DNA from: an uncultured Trueperaceae bacterium
GTDB lineage: Bacteria > Deinococcota > Deinococci > Deinococcales > Trueperaceae
Assembly (NCBI GenBank): GCA_963815215.1
Contig: CAWFFU010000014.1
Span: 18,112 to 82,111 of the forward strand
DNA length: 64,000 bases
Direction: 5' to 3'
The position numbers and the translations under genes are program-made. The notes below the pieces were generated by a model. The model saw only the letters and a list, made by a program, of their open reading frames with translations, did no database searches and was not told the DNA's origin. Below, one piece after another: positions 35,935-45,219 of this stretch (within the stretch, counting starts at the first letter, position 1; every line of letters starts with the position of its first letter).

Positions 35935-38217
35935 GTGGCGGCGAGCGTCGGTCCGAGGGTGGTGCCGGGCATCGACCGCCTGCTGGCCGATCCCGGACGC
36001 TGGCTGCGGGGGCGGCGGGTGGCGCTGCTGGCCAACCAGGCGTCGCTCGCGTCCGATCACCGGCCCAGCGTCGACGCCCTGGCGGCGGCCCTGCCCGGGG
36101 GTCTGACGGCGTTGCTGACGCCCGAGCACGGCTCCAGCGGCTTCGAGGACGACGCCACCGACGTCCCGGACGGCCGGGACCCTCGCAGCGGGTTGCCCCT
36201 GGTCAGCCTCTACGGCCCGCGCCGGCGTCCCGATCCGGAGCTGCTGCGTGGGCTCGACGCGGTGGTCGTGGACCTGCGCGACGTCGGAGCGCGCTGCTAC
36301 ACCTACGCCACCAGCGTGGCGCTGCTGCTCGAGGCGGCCGCCGAGACCGGCACCGAGGTGGTGCTGTGCGACCGCCCTTCCCCGCTCGGCGGCCGGCTCG
36401 ACGGGCCCGCCCTGGAGCCGGCCCGGCGCTCGTTCCTGGGCTACCTGGAGGTGCCCTTCCAGCACGGCCTGACCCTCGGGGAGCTGGCGAGCCGGCACGC
36501 GCGCCGGCTCGGTGGCGCGCCGCTGCGCGTGATCGCGGTCGAAGGCTGGCGCCGCGGCGCGCCGGACGAAGGCGGCTTCGTGCCGCCGTCGCCCGGCCTG
36601 CCCTCGGCCGCCGCCGTGGCGCTGTACCCCGGGCTGGTGGCGCTGGAGGGCACCGAGCTCTCCGAGGGCCGTGGCACCCCGCTCCCCTTCGAGCTGGTGG
36701 GCGGCCCCGACCTCGATGGGCACGCGCTCGCCCGCGACCTCAACGCCCTCGCTCCGGCGGGCGTGTGGGCGCGCCCGCTGGCCTTCCGGCCGGACAGCGG
36801 CAAGCTCGCGGGCCGCGCGTGCCAGGGCGTCCAGCTCCACCTCAGCGACGCCGCCGCGCTCCGGCCGCTGGAGCTCGGCGCCGCCGTGCTGCGCCTCCTG
36901 TTCGCGGCCGGCAAGGTCCGCTGGCGCCCGTCGTCGGCGATGCCCTGGGCGCAGGCGCCGGAGGCGGGGCAGCCCTGGCACGAGCCGGTCGAGGGGTTGC
37001 TGGTCGACGCTCTGCTGGGCGACGACAGCTTCCGCGCTGTGGTGGAGGGGCGAGTGGCCTTCGCGGAGGCGTCCGAGCGCTGGGCGGAGCAGCACCGGGC
37101 CTTCCTGCAGGAGCTCGACGGCGATCTACTGTACGGTCCCGCTCCGTGGCCGTCCGCTCCACCGTCCGCTGCGTCGGCGGCTGCGTCGGCGGCTGCGTCG
37201 ACCGCCTCCCGCGGCGCCTCCGGCGGGTCGGGGCCGATCACGGCGCCGCCGGACGTACTCGGCGCCGGGTCGGCGGCGCCGCGGGGCGGCCCGCTCGGCC
37301 TCGGCATCGACGCCGGCGGCTCGAGCCTGCGCTGGCGCCTCGAGGGTCCCGCCGGGGCCGTGGCGGAAGGCCGGCTGGCCCCGCTGGCCGGCCACCTCTA
37401 CGACGGCGCCGGACGCAGCGACGCCGGCGCCCGGTTGAGCGAGCTGGCGGCCGCGGTGGCCGTGGCGGTGGCCGCCGCCGCGGCCGTACCGCCGACGGCG
37501 GTCGTCGCCGGCGTCACGGGCCTGACGCCGGCCGGCGCCGAGGCCGCCTGGCTGAGCCGCGAGCTGGCCGCCAGGCTGGGCCTGAGCGAGCCGGCGGTGA
37601 CCGTGCTCGACGACATCGAGCTGGCCTTCAGGGCGGCCTTCCCGGCCGCCGACGGCGTCCTGGTGTACGCCGGCACCGGCGCGATCGCCGTGGCCCGGGC
37701 GGACGGGCAGCGACTCCGGGCAGGCGGCCACGGTTACCTCCTCGACGACGACGGGGGCGGCTTCTCGATCGGCCGGGCGGCGCTCCGGAGCGTGTTGCGG
37801 GAGGCCGACGCTGCCGGCGCAGCGCCGGTGTCAGGCCTGGCGAGGGAGCTGTACCAGGCGACCGGGGGCGCCGACTGGGACCGGGTGCGCGCCTACGTCT
37901 ACGGCGGCGGCCGCGGCGCAGTGGCGGCGCTGGTGCCGCGGGTCGCGCAGGCCGCGGCCGACGGGGACGACGGGGCACGCGCCATCCTGGCGTGGGCCGG
38001 CGAGGAGCTGGGGCGGCTCGCCCGGCTGTTGCTGCGGCGTTGCGGCGGGGCGCGTCCGGTGGCTCTGGCGGGGGGCGTGGCCAGGGTCGGCGGCACGCTC
38101 GAGGCGAGCTTCCGCGCGTCGGTGCCGGCCGGCGTCGAGGTCCGCGTGCTCACGGACGAGCCGGTCCGCGTGGCGGCCCGCCTGGCGCGCGCGGCGGCCG
38201 TCCGGGGTGCGCGCTGA
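35935..38217 (+). CDS. Fusion protein: NamZ-like exo-beta-N-acetylmuramidase (DUF1343) + BadF/BadG-type N-acetylhexosamine kinase
   Basis: N-half GIDRL, LLANQAS, PEHG, SLYG, DLRDVGARCYTY, DRPSPLGG, HGLTLGEL, SEGRGT; C-half GIDAGGS, YAGTGA, GGHGYLLDDDGGG; Ala/Ser linker without a stop codon. Confidence 0.82.
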   Translation: MAASVGPRVVPGIDRLLADPGRWLRGRRVALLANQASLASDHRPSVDALAAALPGGLTALLTPEHGSSGFEDDATDVPDGRDPRSGLPLVSLYGPRRRPDPELLRGLDAVVVDLRDVGARCYTYATSVALLLEAAAETGTEVVLCDRPSPLGGRLDGPALEPARRSFLGYLEVPFQHGLTLGELASRHARRLGGAPLRVIAVEGWRRGAPDEGGFVPPSPGLPSAAAVALYPGLVALEGTELSEGRGTPLPFELVGGPDLDGHALARDLNALAPAGVWARPLAFRPDSGKLAGRACQGVQLHLSDAAALRPLELGAAVLRLLFAAGKVRWRPSSAMPWAQAPEAGQPWHEPVEGLLVDALLGDDSFRAVVEGRVAFAEASERWAEQHRAFLQELDGDLLYGPAPWPSAPPSAASAAASAAASTASRGASGGSGPITAPPDVLGAGSAAPRGGPLGLGIDAGGSSLRWRLEGPAGAVAEGRLAPLAGHLYDGAGRSDAGARLSELAAAVAVAVAAAAAVPPTAVVAGVTGLTPAGAEAAWLSRELAARLGLSEPAVTVLDDIELAFRAAFPAADGVLVYAGTGAIAVARADGQRLRAGGHGYLLDDDGGGFSIGRAALRSVLREADAAGAAPVSGLARELYQATGGADWDRVRAYVYGGGRGAVAALVPRVAQAAADGDDGARAILAWAGEELGRLARLLLRRCGGARPVALAGGVARVGGTLEASFRASVPAGVEVRVLTDEPVRVAARLARAAAVRGAR

Positions 38218-38328
38218 CGCTTCGACGACGCTTGACCGGCGCCGGGTCCACGGAGTCCCCGGGCTCACGGAAGCGCCGGGCGCTCGGACGCGGTCACGAC
38301 GACGCCGACGCCCAGGGCGCGGGTCCGC

Positions 38329-39330
38329 TCAGCCCGGCCCCGTCGCCTCCCGCACGAAGCGGAGCTGCTCCAGGACGTGATGCGTCTCCCCGCCCTCGTG
38401 CTCGTTGAAGCGGTACAGGCGCATCGTCTTGGGTCCGGCGTAGTGGTTGAAGGCTGCGAACACGGTCGACGGCGGCGAGATGGGGTCCATCAGACCGGCC
38501 GAGAACAGGGCTCGGGCCGAGGCGCGGGCCGCGAAGTTCATGCCGTCGAAGTAGGCCAGGGTCGCGAAGACGGCGTCCACCTTGGTGCGGTGCACCTTGC
38601 AGTAGGCGGCGATCTCCGCGTAGGGCGTAGCGTCGGTGATGGTGGCGGCCCGCTCGAAGTGGCACAGGAACGGCACGTCGGGTAGCGCCAGCGGCAGGTC
38701 GGGAACGAGTCCCGCCAGCGCCAGCGTCACGCCGCCGCCCTGACTCCGGCCCGTGGCGGCGACACGCCGGGCGTCGACGGCGGGGTGGGCGCGCAGCGTG
38801 GCGAGCGCGCGCACCGCATCGGTGTACAGGCGGCGGTAGTAGTAGCTCTCCGGGTCGAGGATGCCCGCCGTCATGAAGCCGGGGTGGTGGGGGCCGGCGG
38901 CGTTGGGGCCGGCGGCGCTGGAGTCGGCGGCGCTGGGGTCGTTGGTGGCGCCCTCCAGCCAGGCGCTCCCCTGGCCGCGGGTGTCCATCACCAGCGTGGC
39001 GTAGCCGGCGCTGGGCCACAGCAGCCAGTCGACCGGGAAGCCGCGGCCGCCGCCGTAGCCGATGAACTCCACCATCCCCGGTAGCGGCCCGTCGCGGTGC
39101 CTGGGCAGCAGCAACCAGCCGCGCACCGGCTGGCCCGCGAAGCCCGCGAAGGTCACGTCGAAGGCTTCGATGGTGGCCAGGCCGGCATCGAACGGCTCGA
39201 AGCGCGGATCCCAGGCCTGTGCTTCGGCGTCGGCGAGGGTCGCCTTCCAGAAGGTGTCGAAGTCGTCGGGCGCGGTGAGGGGCGGACGGTAGCGCTCCAG
39301 CTCCTCGAGGGGAAGGTCGAAGACGGCCAT
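38329..39330 (-). CDS. CE7 acetyl esterase (acetylxylan esterase/cephalosporin-C deacetylase family)
   Basis: DLPLEELERYRP, GYGGGRG, RGQG, GRSQGG, VPFLCH, HEGG. Confidence 0.9.
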   Translation of the reverse strand: MAVFDLPLEELERYRPPLTAPDDFDTFWKATLADAEAQAWDPRFEPFDAGLATIEAFDVTFAGFAGQPVRGWLLLPRHRDGPLPGMVEFIGYGGGRGFPVDWLLWPSAGYATLVMDTRGQGSAWLEGATNDPSAADSSAAGPNAAGPHHPGFMTAGILDPESYYYRRLYTDAVRALATLRAHPAVDARRVAATGRSQGGGVTLALAGLVPDLPLALPDVPFLCHFERAATITDATPYAEIAAYCKVHRTKVDAVFATLAYFDGMNFAARASARALFSAGLMDPISPPSTVFAAFNHYAGPKTMRLYRFNEHEGGETHHVLEQLRFVREATGPG

Positions 39331-39396
39331 GGGCTTCCTTCCTCGCGGGTCGGCCCGCGGGCACGTCCAGGCTACCCGCTCCGCGGGGGGCGGCGC

Positions 39397-40248
39397 TCAG
39401 ACGTCGCGGCCGCGGAGGGTGGGGTCGAGCAGATCCCGCATGCCGTCGCCGAAGAGGTTGAACCCCAGCGAGGCGAGCAGGATCGCGAACCCCGAGAAGA
39501 TCGACACCCAGGGCGAGAGCAGCATGTAGTCGCGGCTCTGCGAGAGCATCAGGCCCAGCGATGGGGTCGGCGGCTGCGTCCCGAGCCCGAGGAAGCTGAG
39601 GCTGGCCTCGACCAGGATGGCAGTCGAGAGCGAGAGCGTGGTCTGCACCAGGATGGGCGCCAGGATGTTGGGCAGGACGTGTCGCATGACGATGCGCCCG
39701 CCGCCCGCTCCCACGGCGCGCGCCGCGGCGACGTAGTCCCACGACAGCACCGTCAACGCAGGCCCGCGGGCGAGGCGCGCGAAGATCGGGGTGTAGACGA
39801 TGCCGATGGCGAGGGCCGTGTTCGGGCCTCCCGGCCCCAGCACCGCCAGCACGGCGATGGCCAGCAGGATGATGGGGAACGCCAGCAGCACGTCCATGAG
39901 GCGCATCAGCAGGCGATCGACCCAGCCGCCCAGGTAGGCGGCGACCAGCCCGATGGTCGAGCCCAGCAGCGTCGACAGGGCGACGGCGCCGAACGACACG
40001 CCGATGGAAGTGCGGTAGCCGTAGAGGATGCGCGCCAGGGTGTCGCGGCCGAAGTTGTCGGTGCCCAGGAGGTGGTGGAGGCTGGGGCCCTTGAAGCGTT
40101 CCAGCACGCTCTGGTGCAGCGGGTCGATACCGACGATCCAGGGTCCGATGCCCGCCGCCAGCGCGACCAGCAGGGCCAGCACGAAACCGAGCATGCCGAC
40201 GCGGTTGCGCCACAGCCGGGCGAAGAAGTGACGCAGCGGAGCCATCAC
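39397..40248 (-). CDS. Peptide ABC permease (DppC/OppC-like)
   Basis: LGTDNFGRD, AARAVGA, RHVLPN, LSFLGLG. Confidence 0.9.
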   Translation of the reverse strand: MMAPLRHFFARLWRNRVGMLGFVLALLVALAAGIGPWIVGIDPLHQSVLERFKGPSLHHLLGTDNFGRDTLARILYGYRTSIGVSFGAVALSTLLGSTIGLVAAYLGGWVDRLLMRLMDVLLAFPIILLAIAVLAVLGPGGPNTALAIGIVYTPIFARLARGPALTVLSWDYVAAARAVGAGGGRIVMRHVLPNILAPILVQTTLSLSTAILVEASLSFLGLGTQPPTPSLGLMLSQSRDYMLLSPWVSIFSGFAILLASLGFNLFGDGMRDLLDPTLRGRDV

Positions 40249-41195
40249 GAGTACTCCACCCGCGGGTCGATCCAGGCGTAGGCCAGGTCGACGAGCAGGT
40301 TGACCACCACGAACACCGCGGTGATGACCAGGACGATCCCCTGGATCAGGGGGTAGTTGCGCTGGTTGATGGCGCCGATGATGAGCCGCCCGATGCCGGG
40401 GATGGCGAACACCTGCTCGATGACCACCACGCCCGACAGCAAGTAGCCGAGCTGCACGCCGATGACCGTCACGACCGGGATCATGGCGTTGCGCAGGGCG
40501 TGCTTGTAGAGCACGGGCCGTTCCGCCAGGCCCTTGGAGCGGGCCGTACGGACGTAGTCGGTGTTCAGCACCTCGAGCAGGCTCGAGCGCAGGATGCGCG
40601 TCAGCCCGGCGATCATCGGCAGCGACACCGCCACCACCGGCAGCGCCATGCGCGCCAGGTTCCCGAGCGGGTCCTGGTTGAACGGCACGTAGCCGATGGC
40701 CGGCCAGCCCGGCAGGTAGAGCGAGAACACCAGCAGCATCAGCACGCCCACCCAGAAGGTGGGGAGCGTCAGCCCCACGATCGACAGCACCCGCACCACC
40801 AGGTCGCTGGCGCTGCCGCGCGCGCGCGCGGCCAGCACCCCGAGCGGGAAGGCCAGCACCAGCGCCAGCACCAGGGCCAGCCCGGTGATCTCCAGGGTGG
40901 CGGGGGCGCGTGCCAGGATCTCGGCGCTCACCGGCCGCCCGGTCCAGATGCTGATGCCCAGGTCGCCGTGGAGCACGCCCGTCAGCCAGCGCCAGTACTG
41001 CGTATGGATGGGCAGATCCAGCCCCAGGCTGTGGCGCAGCGCGGCCACGCGGTCCGGGGTGATGTCGGTGTTGGCGCCCAGCATGATCTCGACGGCGTCG
41101 CCGGGGATGAAGCGCACCATCAGGAAGACCAGGATGGACACGCCCAGCAGGACGAAGGCGAGGTCGGCGAGGCGACGGAAGACGTAAGCGATCAT
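40245..41195 (-). CDS. Peptide ABC permease (DppB/OppB-like)
   Basis: PGDA, GDLG, DYVRTARSKGL, HALRNA, EQVFAIPGIG; start MIAYVFRR. Confidence 0.9.
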   Translation of the reverse strand: MIAYVFRRLADLAFVLLGVSILVFLMVRFIPGDAVEIMLGANTDITPDRVAALRHSLGLDLPIHTQYWRWLTGVLHGDLGISIWTGRPVSAEILARAPATLEITGLALVLALVLAFPLGVLAARARGSASDLVVRVLSIVGLTLPTFWVGVLMLLVFSLYLPGWPAIGYVPFNQDPLGNLARMALPVVAVSLPMIAGLTRILRSSLLEVLNTDYVRTARSKGLAERPVLYKHALRNAMIPVVTVIGVQLGYLLSGVVVIEQVFAIPGIGRLIIGAINQRNYPLIQGIVLVITAVFVVVNLLVDLAYAWIDPRVEYS

Positions 41196-41319
41196 GCGGG
41201 CACGGGTCTCATACGCGAACCTGGAACGCGCGGGGGCGCGAGAGAGGGGTGAGGGCGCGTGCGCCCCCACCCCAGGCTAGCCCGGAGCGCCGCTCCGGGG
41301 GTGACACGGGACGGCGGCA

Positions 41320-42819
41320 CTAGGGCAGGCTCACCTCGCGCAGGTACTGCAGACTGCGCGTGGCCATCTGCTGGTAGCCCTTGACGTTGTCGCGCAGGCC
41401 GGTGAAGAGGGTGCCGTAGGCGATGTGGACGATCGGCCCGGTGCAGGCGAGCTGCTTCTGGAGGTTGTCGTAGATCCCCTGGCGCTTGCTCATGTCGGTG
41501 GTGGTGCGCCCCTGGTCGAGCAGCGTGTCGACCGAGGGATCGCTGAACTTGAAGACGTTGGTCGGCCCGCCGGTGTGGAAGGTCCGGTAGAGGTAACCGT
41601 CGGGATCGGTCGCACCGCCGTTGAGGCTGACGAACATGTCGAAGTTCGAGTTCTTCCAGTCCTGGACGAACTTGCCGAACTCCTCGACGTCGACCTTGGC
41701 GTCGATGCCGACCTCCGCGAGCTGCGCCTGCAGCACCTGGGCGGTGTCGGCGACCTCCTTGATGGTGCCGAAGGTGATGATCGTGGTCTTGAAGCCGTTC
41801 GGGTAGCCGGCCTCGGCGAGGAGCTGCTTGGCCTTGGCCACGCTGGGCTGGTAGCAGGGGAACTGCGAGACCGGTACCGCCCAGTCCTTCAGCGCCGGGC
41901 TGAGCGGGCCGCCCGGCACGGCGTTGCCGAGGTAGACGGCCTGCACGATGTCGGACCGGTTCACCGCGTAGTTGATGGCCTCACGCACGCGCGGATCGTC
42001 GAAGGGCTTGCGGCTGACGTTGAGGCCGAGCAGAGAGTAGGCCAGGTCCTGCGTACCCATGATGGTGACGCCGCCGGCGTTCTTGAGCGTCTGCGCGGTG
42101 ACGGGGTCGACGGTGGGGAGGAACTGGTAGGTGCCGGTGCGCAGCCCCGCCGCCCGGGTGGAGGCCTCGGGGACGATGTTGAACTTCAGCTCGGCCACCT
42201 TGGGCTCGCCCGGCCGGTAGTAGTCGGGGTTCGCCTTGAGCAGCACGTAGGTGTCGGGGACGACCTTCTCGAGCTCGAACGGGCCGGTGCCGACCGCCAC
42301 CTTCTGCAGGTTGCCGTTGGCCTCGACGACCTCCTTGGGGACGACGAAGAGGTTGGTGAGGTTGGCCAGGAAGGGCGCGAACGGCTCCTTCAGGGTGAAG
42401 GTCACCTGGTAGGGCCCGGTGGCCTTGATGGTGGACACCCCGCTGAAGCGGCTGGCCTGCGGGGAGCCGGTCTTGGGGTCCATGATGCGATCGAAGGAGT
42501 AGACCACGTCGGCCGAGGTCATCTCGCGGCCGTTGTGGAACTTCACGCCCTTGCGCAGGTCGAAGGTGTAGCTGAGGCCGTCAGGGGAGACGGTCCAGGA
42601 CGTCGCCAGCGCGGGCTCGAGCTGGAGCTTGCTGTTGAGCTCCAGCAGGCCCTCGTAGATCTGGCCCACCACAGCGAACGAGGAGAAGGCCGTCACGATG
42701 TCGGGGTCGAGCCCGACCGGCGACTGATCGACGGCGATCTCGAGCGTTCCCTTCTGCGCGTATGCCAGGCTCACCGCGGTGACGAGCACCGCCAGGAGCA
42801 GACCGATCCGGATCCGCAT
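41320..42819 (-). CDS. Peptide ABC substrate-binding protein (family 5)
   Basis: Signal peptide; LDP, LRKGVKFHNG, GTGPF, PFDDPRVREA; ATG 42819 after GGAGG. Confidence 0.9.
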   Translation of the reverse strand: MRIRIGLLLAVLVTAVSLAYAQKGTLEIAVDQSPVGLDPDIVTAFSSFAVVGQIYEGLLELNSKLQLEPALATSWTVSPDGLSYTFDLRKGVKFHNGREMTSADVVYSFDRIMDPKTGSPQASRFSGVSTIKATGPYQVTFTLKEPFAPFLANLTNLFVVPKEVVEANGNLQKVAVGTGPFELEKVVPDTYVLLKANPDYYRPGEPKVAELKFNIVPEASTRAAGLRTGTYQFLPTVDPVTAQTLKNAGGVTIMGTQDLAYSLLGLNVSRKPFDDPRVREAINYAVNRSDIVQAVYLGNAVPGGPLSPALKDWAVPVSQFPCYQPSVAKAKQLLAEAGYPNGFKTTIITFGTIKEVADTAQVLQAQLAEVGIDAKVDVEEFGKFVQDWKNSNFDMFVSLNGGATDPDGYLYRTFHTGGPTNVFKFSDPSVDTLLDQGRTTTDMSKRQGIYDNLQKQLACTGPIVHIAYGTLFTGLRDNVKGYQQMATRSLQYLREVSLP

Positions 42820-42908
42820 GTCCAACCTCCTTCTACTGTAGTGGCAACGAAGGCCGTTCCCCACGCGAGCCACAGCTGCCGACGGAACCTCTGCGACGCG
42901 GCCAGTGT

Positions 42909-42945
42909 ACCATTCCAAGACCAATCGCTTCAATCGTGCTAGCGT
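42909..42945. promoter_or_regulatory. Second candidate GntR direct-repeat operator plus extended -10
   Basis: ACCATT-N5-ACCAAT (42909-42925); TGc-TAGCGT (42940-42945), 7 nt before ATG 42953. Confidence 0.55.
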
Positions 42946-42952
42946 GGCCGCC

Positions 42953-44038
42953 ATGAACGACGCAACTGCGGCCGAGAACCGCGGCCGGGCGGCCGTCGCG
43001 GCCGCCCTCGAGGCCGCGGTGGCGGACGGAACGGTGCCGGGCGGCGTGATCCTGGTCGCCGGTGCGGATCACGTGTGGGAGCCGGTCATCGCCGGCGTGC
43101 GGCGCTACGGCGGCGAGCGCGTGACGGCCGACACCCGCTACGATCTGGCTTCACTCACCAAGGTGGTCGGTTGCCTGAGCGCGCTGCTGAGGCTCCTCGA
43201 CGCCGGCGCGTTGCGGCTTGACGACCGCGTCCGGCGCTTCTTCAGCAACGCCGGCTGGTTCCAGGAGCCCTCGCTCGGCGACGTGAGCCTGGAGGCGCTC
43301 GCCACCCACGTGTCCGGCCTGCCGGCATGGCGTCCGTTGTTCACGCAGGCCGCCGACCGGCGCATGGGCATCGCCGGCGTGCTGCAGACGCCGCTGGAAG
43401 CGCACGCCGGCCGTTACCGCTACTCCGACCTGGGCGTCATCGCCCTGACCGCCGTGATCGAGCGGGTCGCCGGCGAGCGGATCGACGCCCTGCTGGCGCG
43501 CGAGGTCTTCGCGCCGCTCGGCATGGAGCGCACCGGCTACGGTCCGCTCGATGCCGGCCTGCCCGTCGCCGCCACCGAGGACGACGGCCTGCGCGGCGGC
43601 GTGCTGCAGGGGGTCGTGCACGACGAGAACGCCTGGGCCCTGGGGGGCGTCTCCGGGCACGCCGGCCTGTTCGCGCCGGCCGCGGACGTGATCGCCTTGG
43701 GCCGGGCCTGGCTGAGGCTCCAGGCGCCTTTCGCTTCGGAGCGCGTGCTGCGCGCCGCCCTGCTCGACCGCTCCGCCGGCGAGGGGCCGCGGCGCGGGCT
43801 GCTGTGGCGGTTGCGCGAGGACGACTGGCCGTTCGGGCCCGAGGCGACGGAGGCGGCGTTCGGGCATACCGGGTTCACGGGGACCAGCCTGGTCGTCGAG
43901 CCCCGGCAGGGCTGGACGGTGGCCCTGCTGACCAACCGGGTGCACCCGACCCGGGAGGCGGGCGCCGGCATCGACGGGCTGCGCCGGCGCGTCCACGGCC
44001 TGGTGGCCGGCGCGTTCGGCGAGGAGGTGATCGGATGA
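42953..44038 (+). CDS. Beta-lactamase-family serine hydrolase, AmiE-like (MurNAc-L-Ala amidase candidate)
   Basis: DLASLTK (SxxK), YRYSD, GVVHDENA, GHAGLF, GHTGFTG, LLTNRVHP; peptidoglycan-recycling context. Confidence 0.82.
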   Translation: MNDATAAENRGRAAVAAALEAAVADGTVPGGVILVAGADHVWEPVIAGVRRYGGERVTADTRYDLASLTKVVGCLSALLRLLDAGALRLDDRVRRFFSNAGWFQEPSLGDVSLEALATHVSGLPAWRPLFTQAADRRMGIAGVLQTPLEAHAGRYRYSDLGVIALTAVIERVAGERIDALLAREVFAPLGMERTGYGPLDAGLPVAATEDDGLRGGVLQGVVHDENAWALGGVSGHAGLFAPAADVIALGRAWLRLQAPFASERVLRAALLDRSAGEGPRRGLLWRLREDDWPFGPEATEAAFGHTGFTGTSLVVEPRQGWTVALLTNRVHPTREAGAGIDGLRRRVHGLVAGAFGEEVIG

Positions 44039-45213
44039 GCGATGCGAAGCGCACAGGATCCGTCCCCGGTGATCTCGAGCCGATGACGGTGCTCGGACTC
44101 ATGTCGGGCACCTCGCTCGACGGCGTGGACACGGTCACCGTGAGGCTGGCGCGGCGTGGCGGACGGCTCGACTGGGAGGTGCTCGCGCGCGGCTCCCACC
44201 CCTACCGGGACGCGCTTCGCGAGCGGCTTCAGCGCGCCATCGACCCGGCGCGCTCCGACGTGGTCCTGCTCACCGAGTTGCACCAGGAGATCGGGGTGGC
44301 CTACGCCGAGGCCGTGGCCGCCGCCGCCGAGCGGCAACCGCTCGACCTGGTCGCTCTCTCCGGCCAGACCGTGTACCACATCCCCCGGACCGAGGCCGAG
44401 CGCGGCTGGCACGTGGTCAGCACCCTGCAGCTGGGGGAAGCGAGCGTGGTCACCGAGCGCTGCTCGGTGGTCACGGTGTCGGACTTCCGGCAGGCCGACC
44501 TGGCGGCGGGCGGGCAGGGGGCGCCGATGGTGCCCTTCGCCGACCTCCACCTCTACCGACGGCCGGGCGAGCGGATCGCGGTCCAGAACATCGGGGGCAT
44601 CGGCAACGTCACGGTGCTGCCGGCCGACGGCGATCCGGAGAAGGTGCTGGCGTTCGACACCGGGCCAGGGAACTGTCTGATGGACGAGGCGATGGAGCGG
44701 CTGCTGTCCGAGCCGTTCGACGAGGAGGGCCGGGTCGCCGCCGGCGGGCAGGTGCTCGACGACGCCCTCGAGCGGCTACTGGCCGAGCCGTACTTCGAGC
44801 TGCCGCCGCCCAAGACCACCGGGCGCGAGCTGTTCACGCTGCCGTACGCCCTGGCGCGCGGCGGGCTCGACGGCGCGGCTCCCGCCGACGTGGTCGCCAC
44901 GCTGAGCGCGCTCACCGCCGAGTCGATCGCCCGGGCCTACGAGCGTCACGTGTTGCCCGGCGGCCTCGACGAAGTGCTCGTCGCCGGGGGCGGGGCCCGC
45001 AACCCGGACCTGGTGGGGCGCCTGCGCCGGCGGCTGCCGGTCCCGGTACGCACCTTCCGGGAGGCGGGTTACCAGGACAAGGACCGCGAGACGCTGGCGA
45101 TGGCGGTCATGGGGTTCATGGCGATCCACGGGGAGCCGAACGTGCTGCCGGCCGCCACCGGGGCCCGCCACCCGGTCATCGCGGGGAAGGTGTGCCGGCC
45201 CTACCGGGGGTGA
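44035..45213 (+). CDS. anmK: Anhydro-N-acetylmuramic acid kinase
   Basis: GLMSGTSLDGVD, GQTVYH, DFRQADLAAGGQGAP, NIGGIGN, FDTGPGN, PKTTGRE. Confidence 0.94.
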   Translation: MSDAKRTGSVPGDLEPMTVLGLMSGTSLDGVDTVTVRLARRGGRLDWEVLARGSHPYRDALRERLQRAIDPARSDVVLLTELHQEIGVAYAEAVAAAAERQPLDLVALSGQTVYHIPRTEAERGWHVVSTLQLGEASVVTERCSVVTVSDFRQADLAAGGQGAPMVPFADLHLYRRPGERIAVQNIGGIGNVTVLPADGDPEKVLAFDTGPGNCLMDEAMERLLSEPFDEEGRVAAGGQVLDDALERLLAEPYFELPPPKTTGRELFTLPYALARGGLDGAAPADVVATLSALTAESIARAYERHVLPGGLDEVLVAGGGARNPDLVGRLRRRLPVPVRTFREAGYQDKDRETLAMAVMGFMAIHGEPNVLPAATGARHPVIAGKVCRPYRG

Positions 45214-45219
45214 GTCGGC

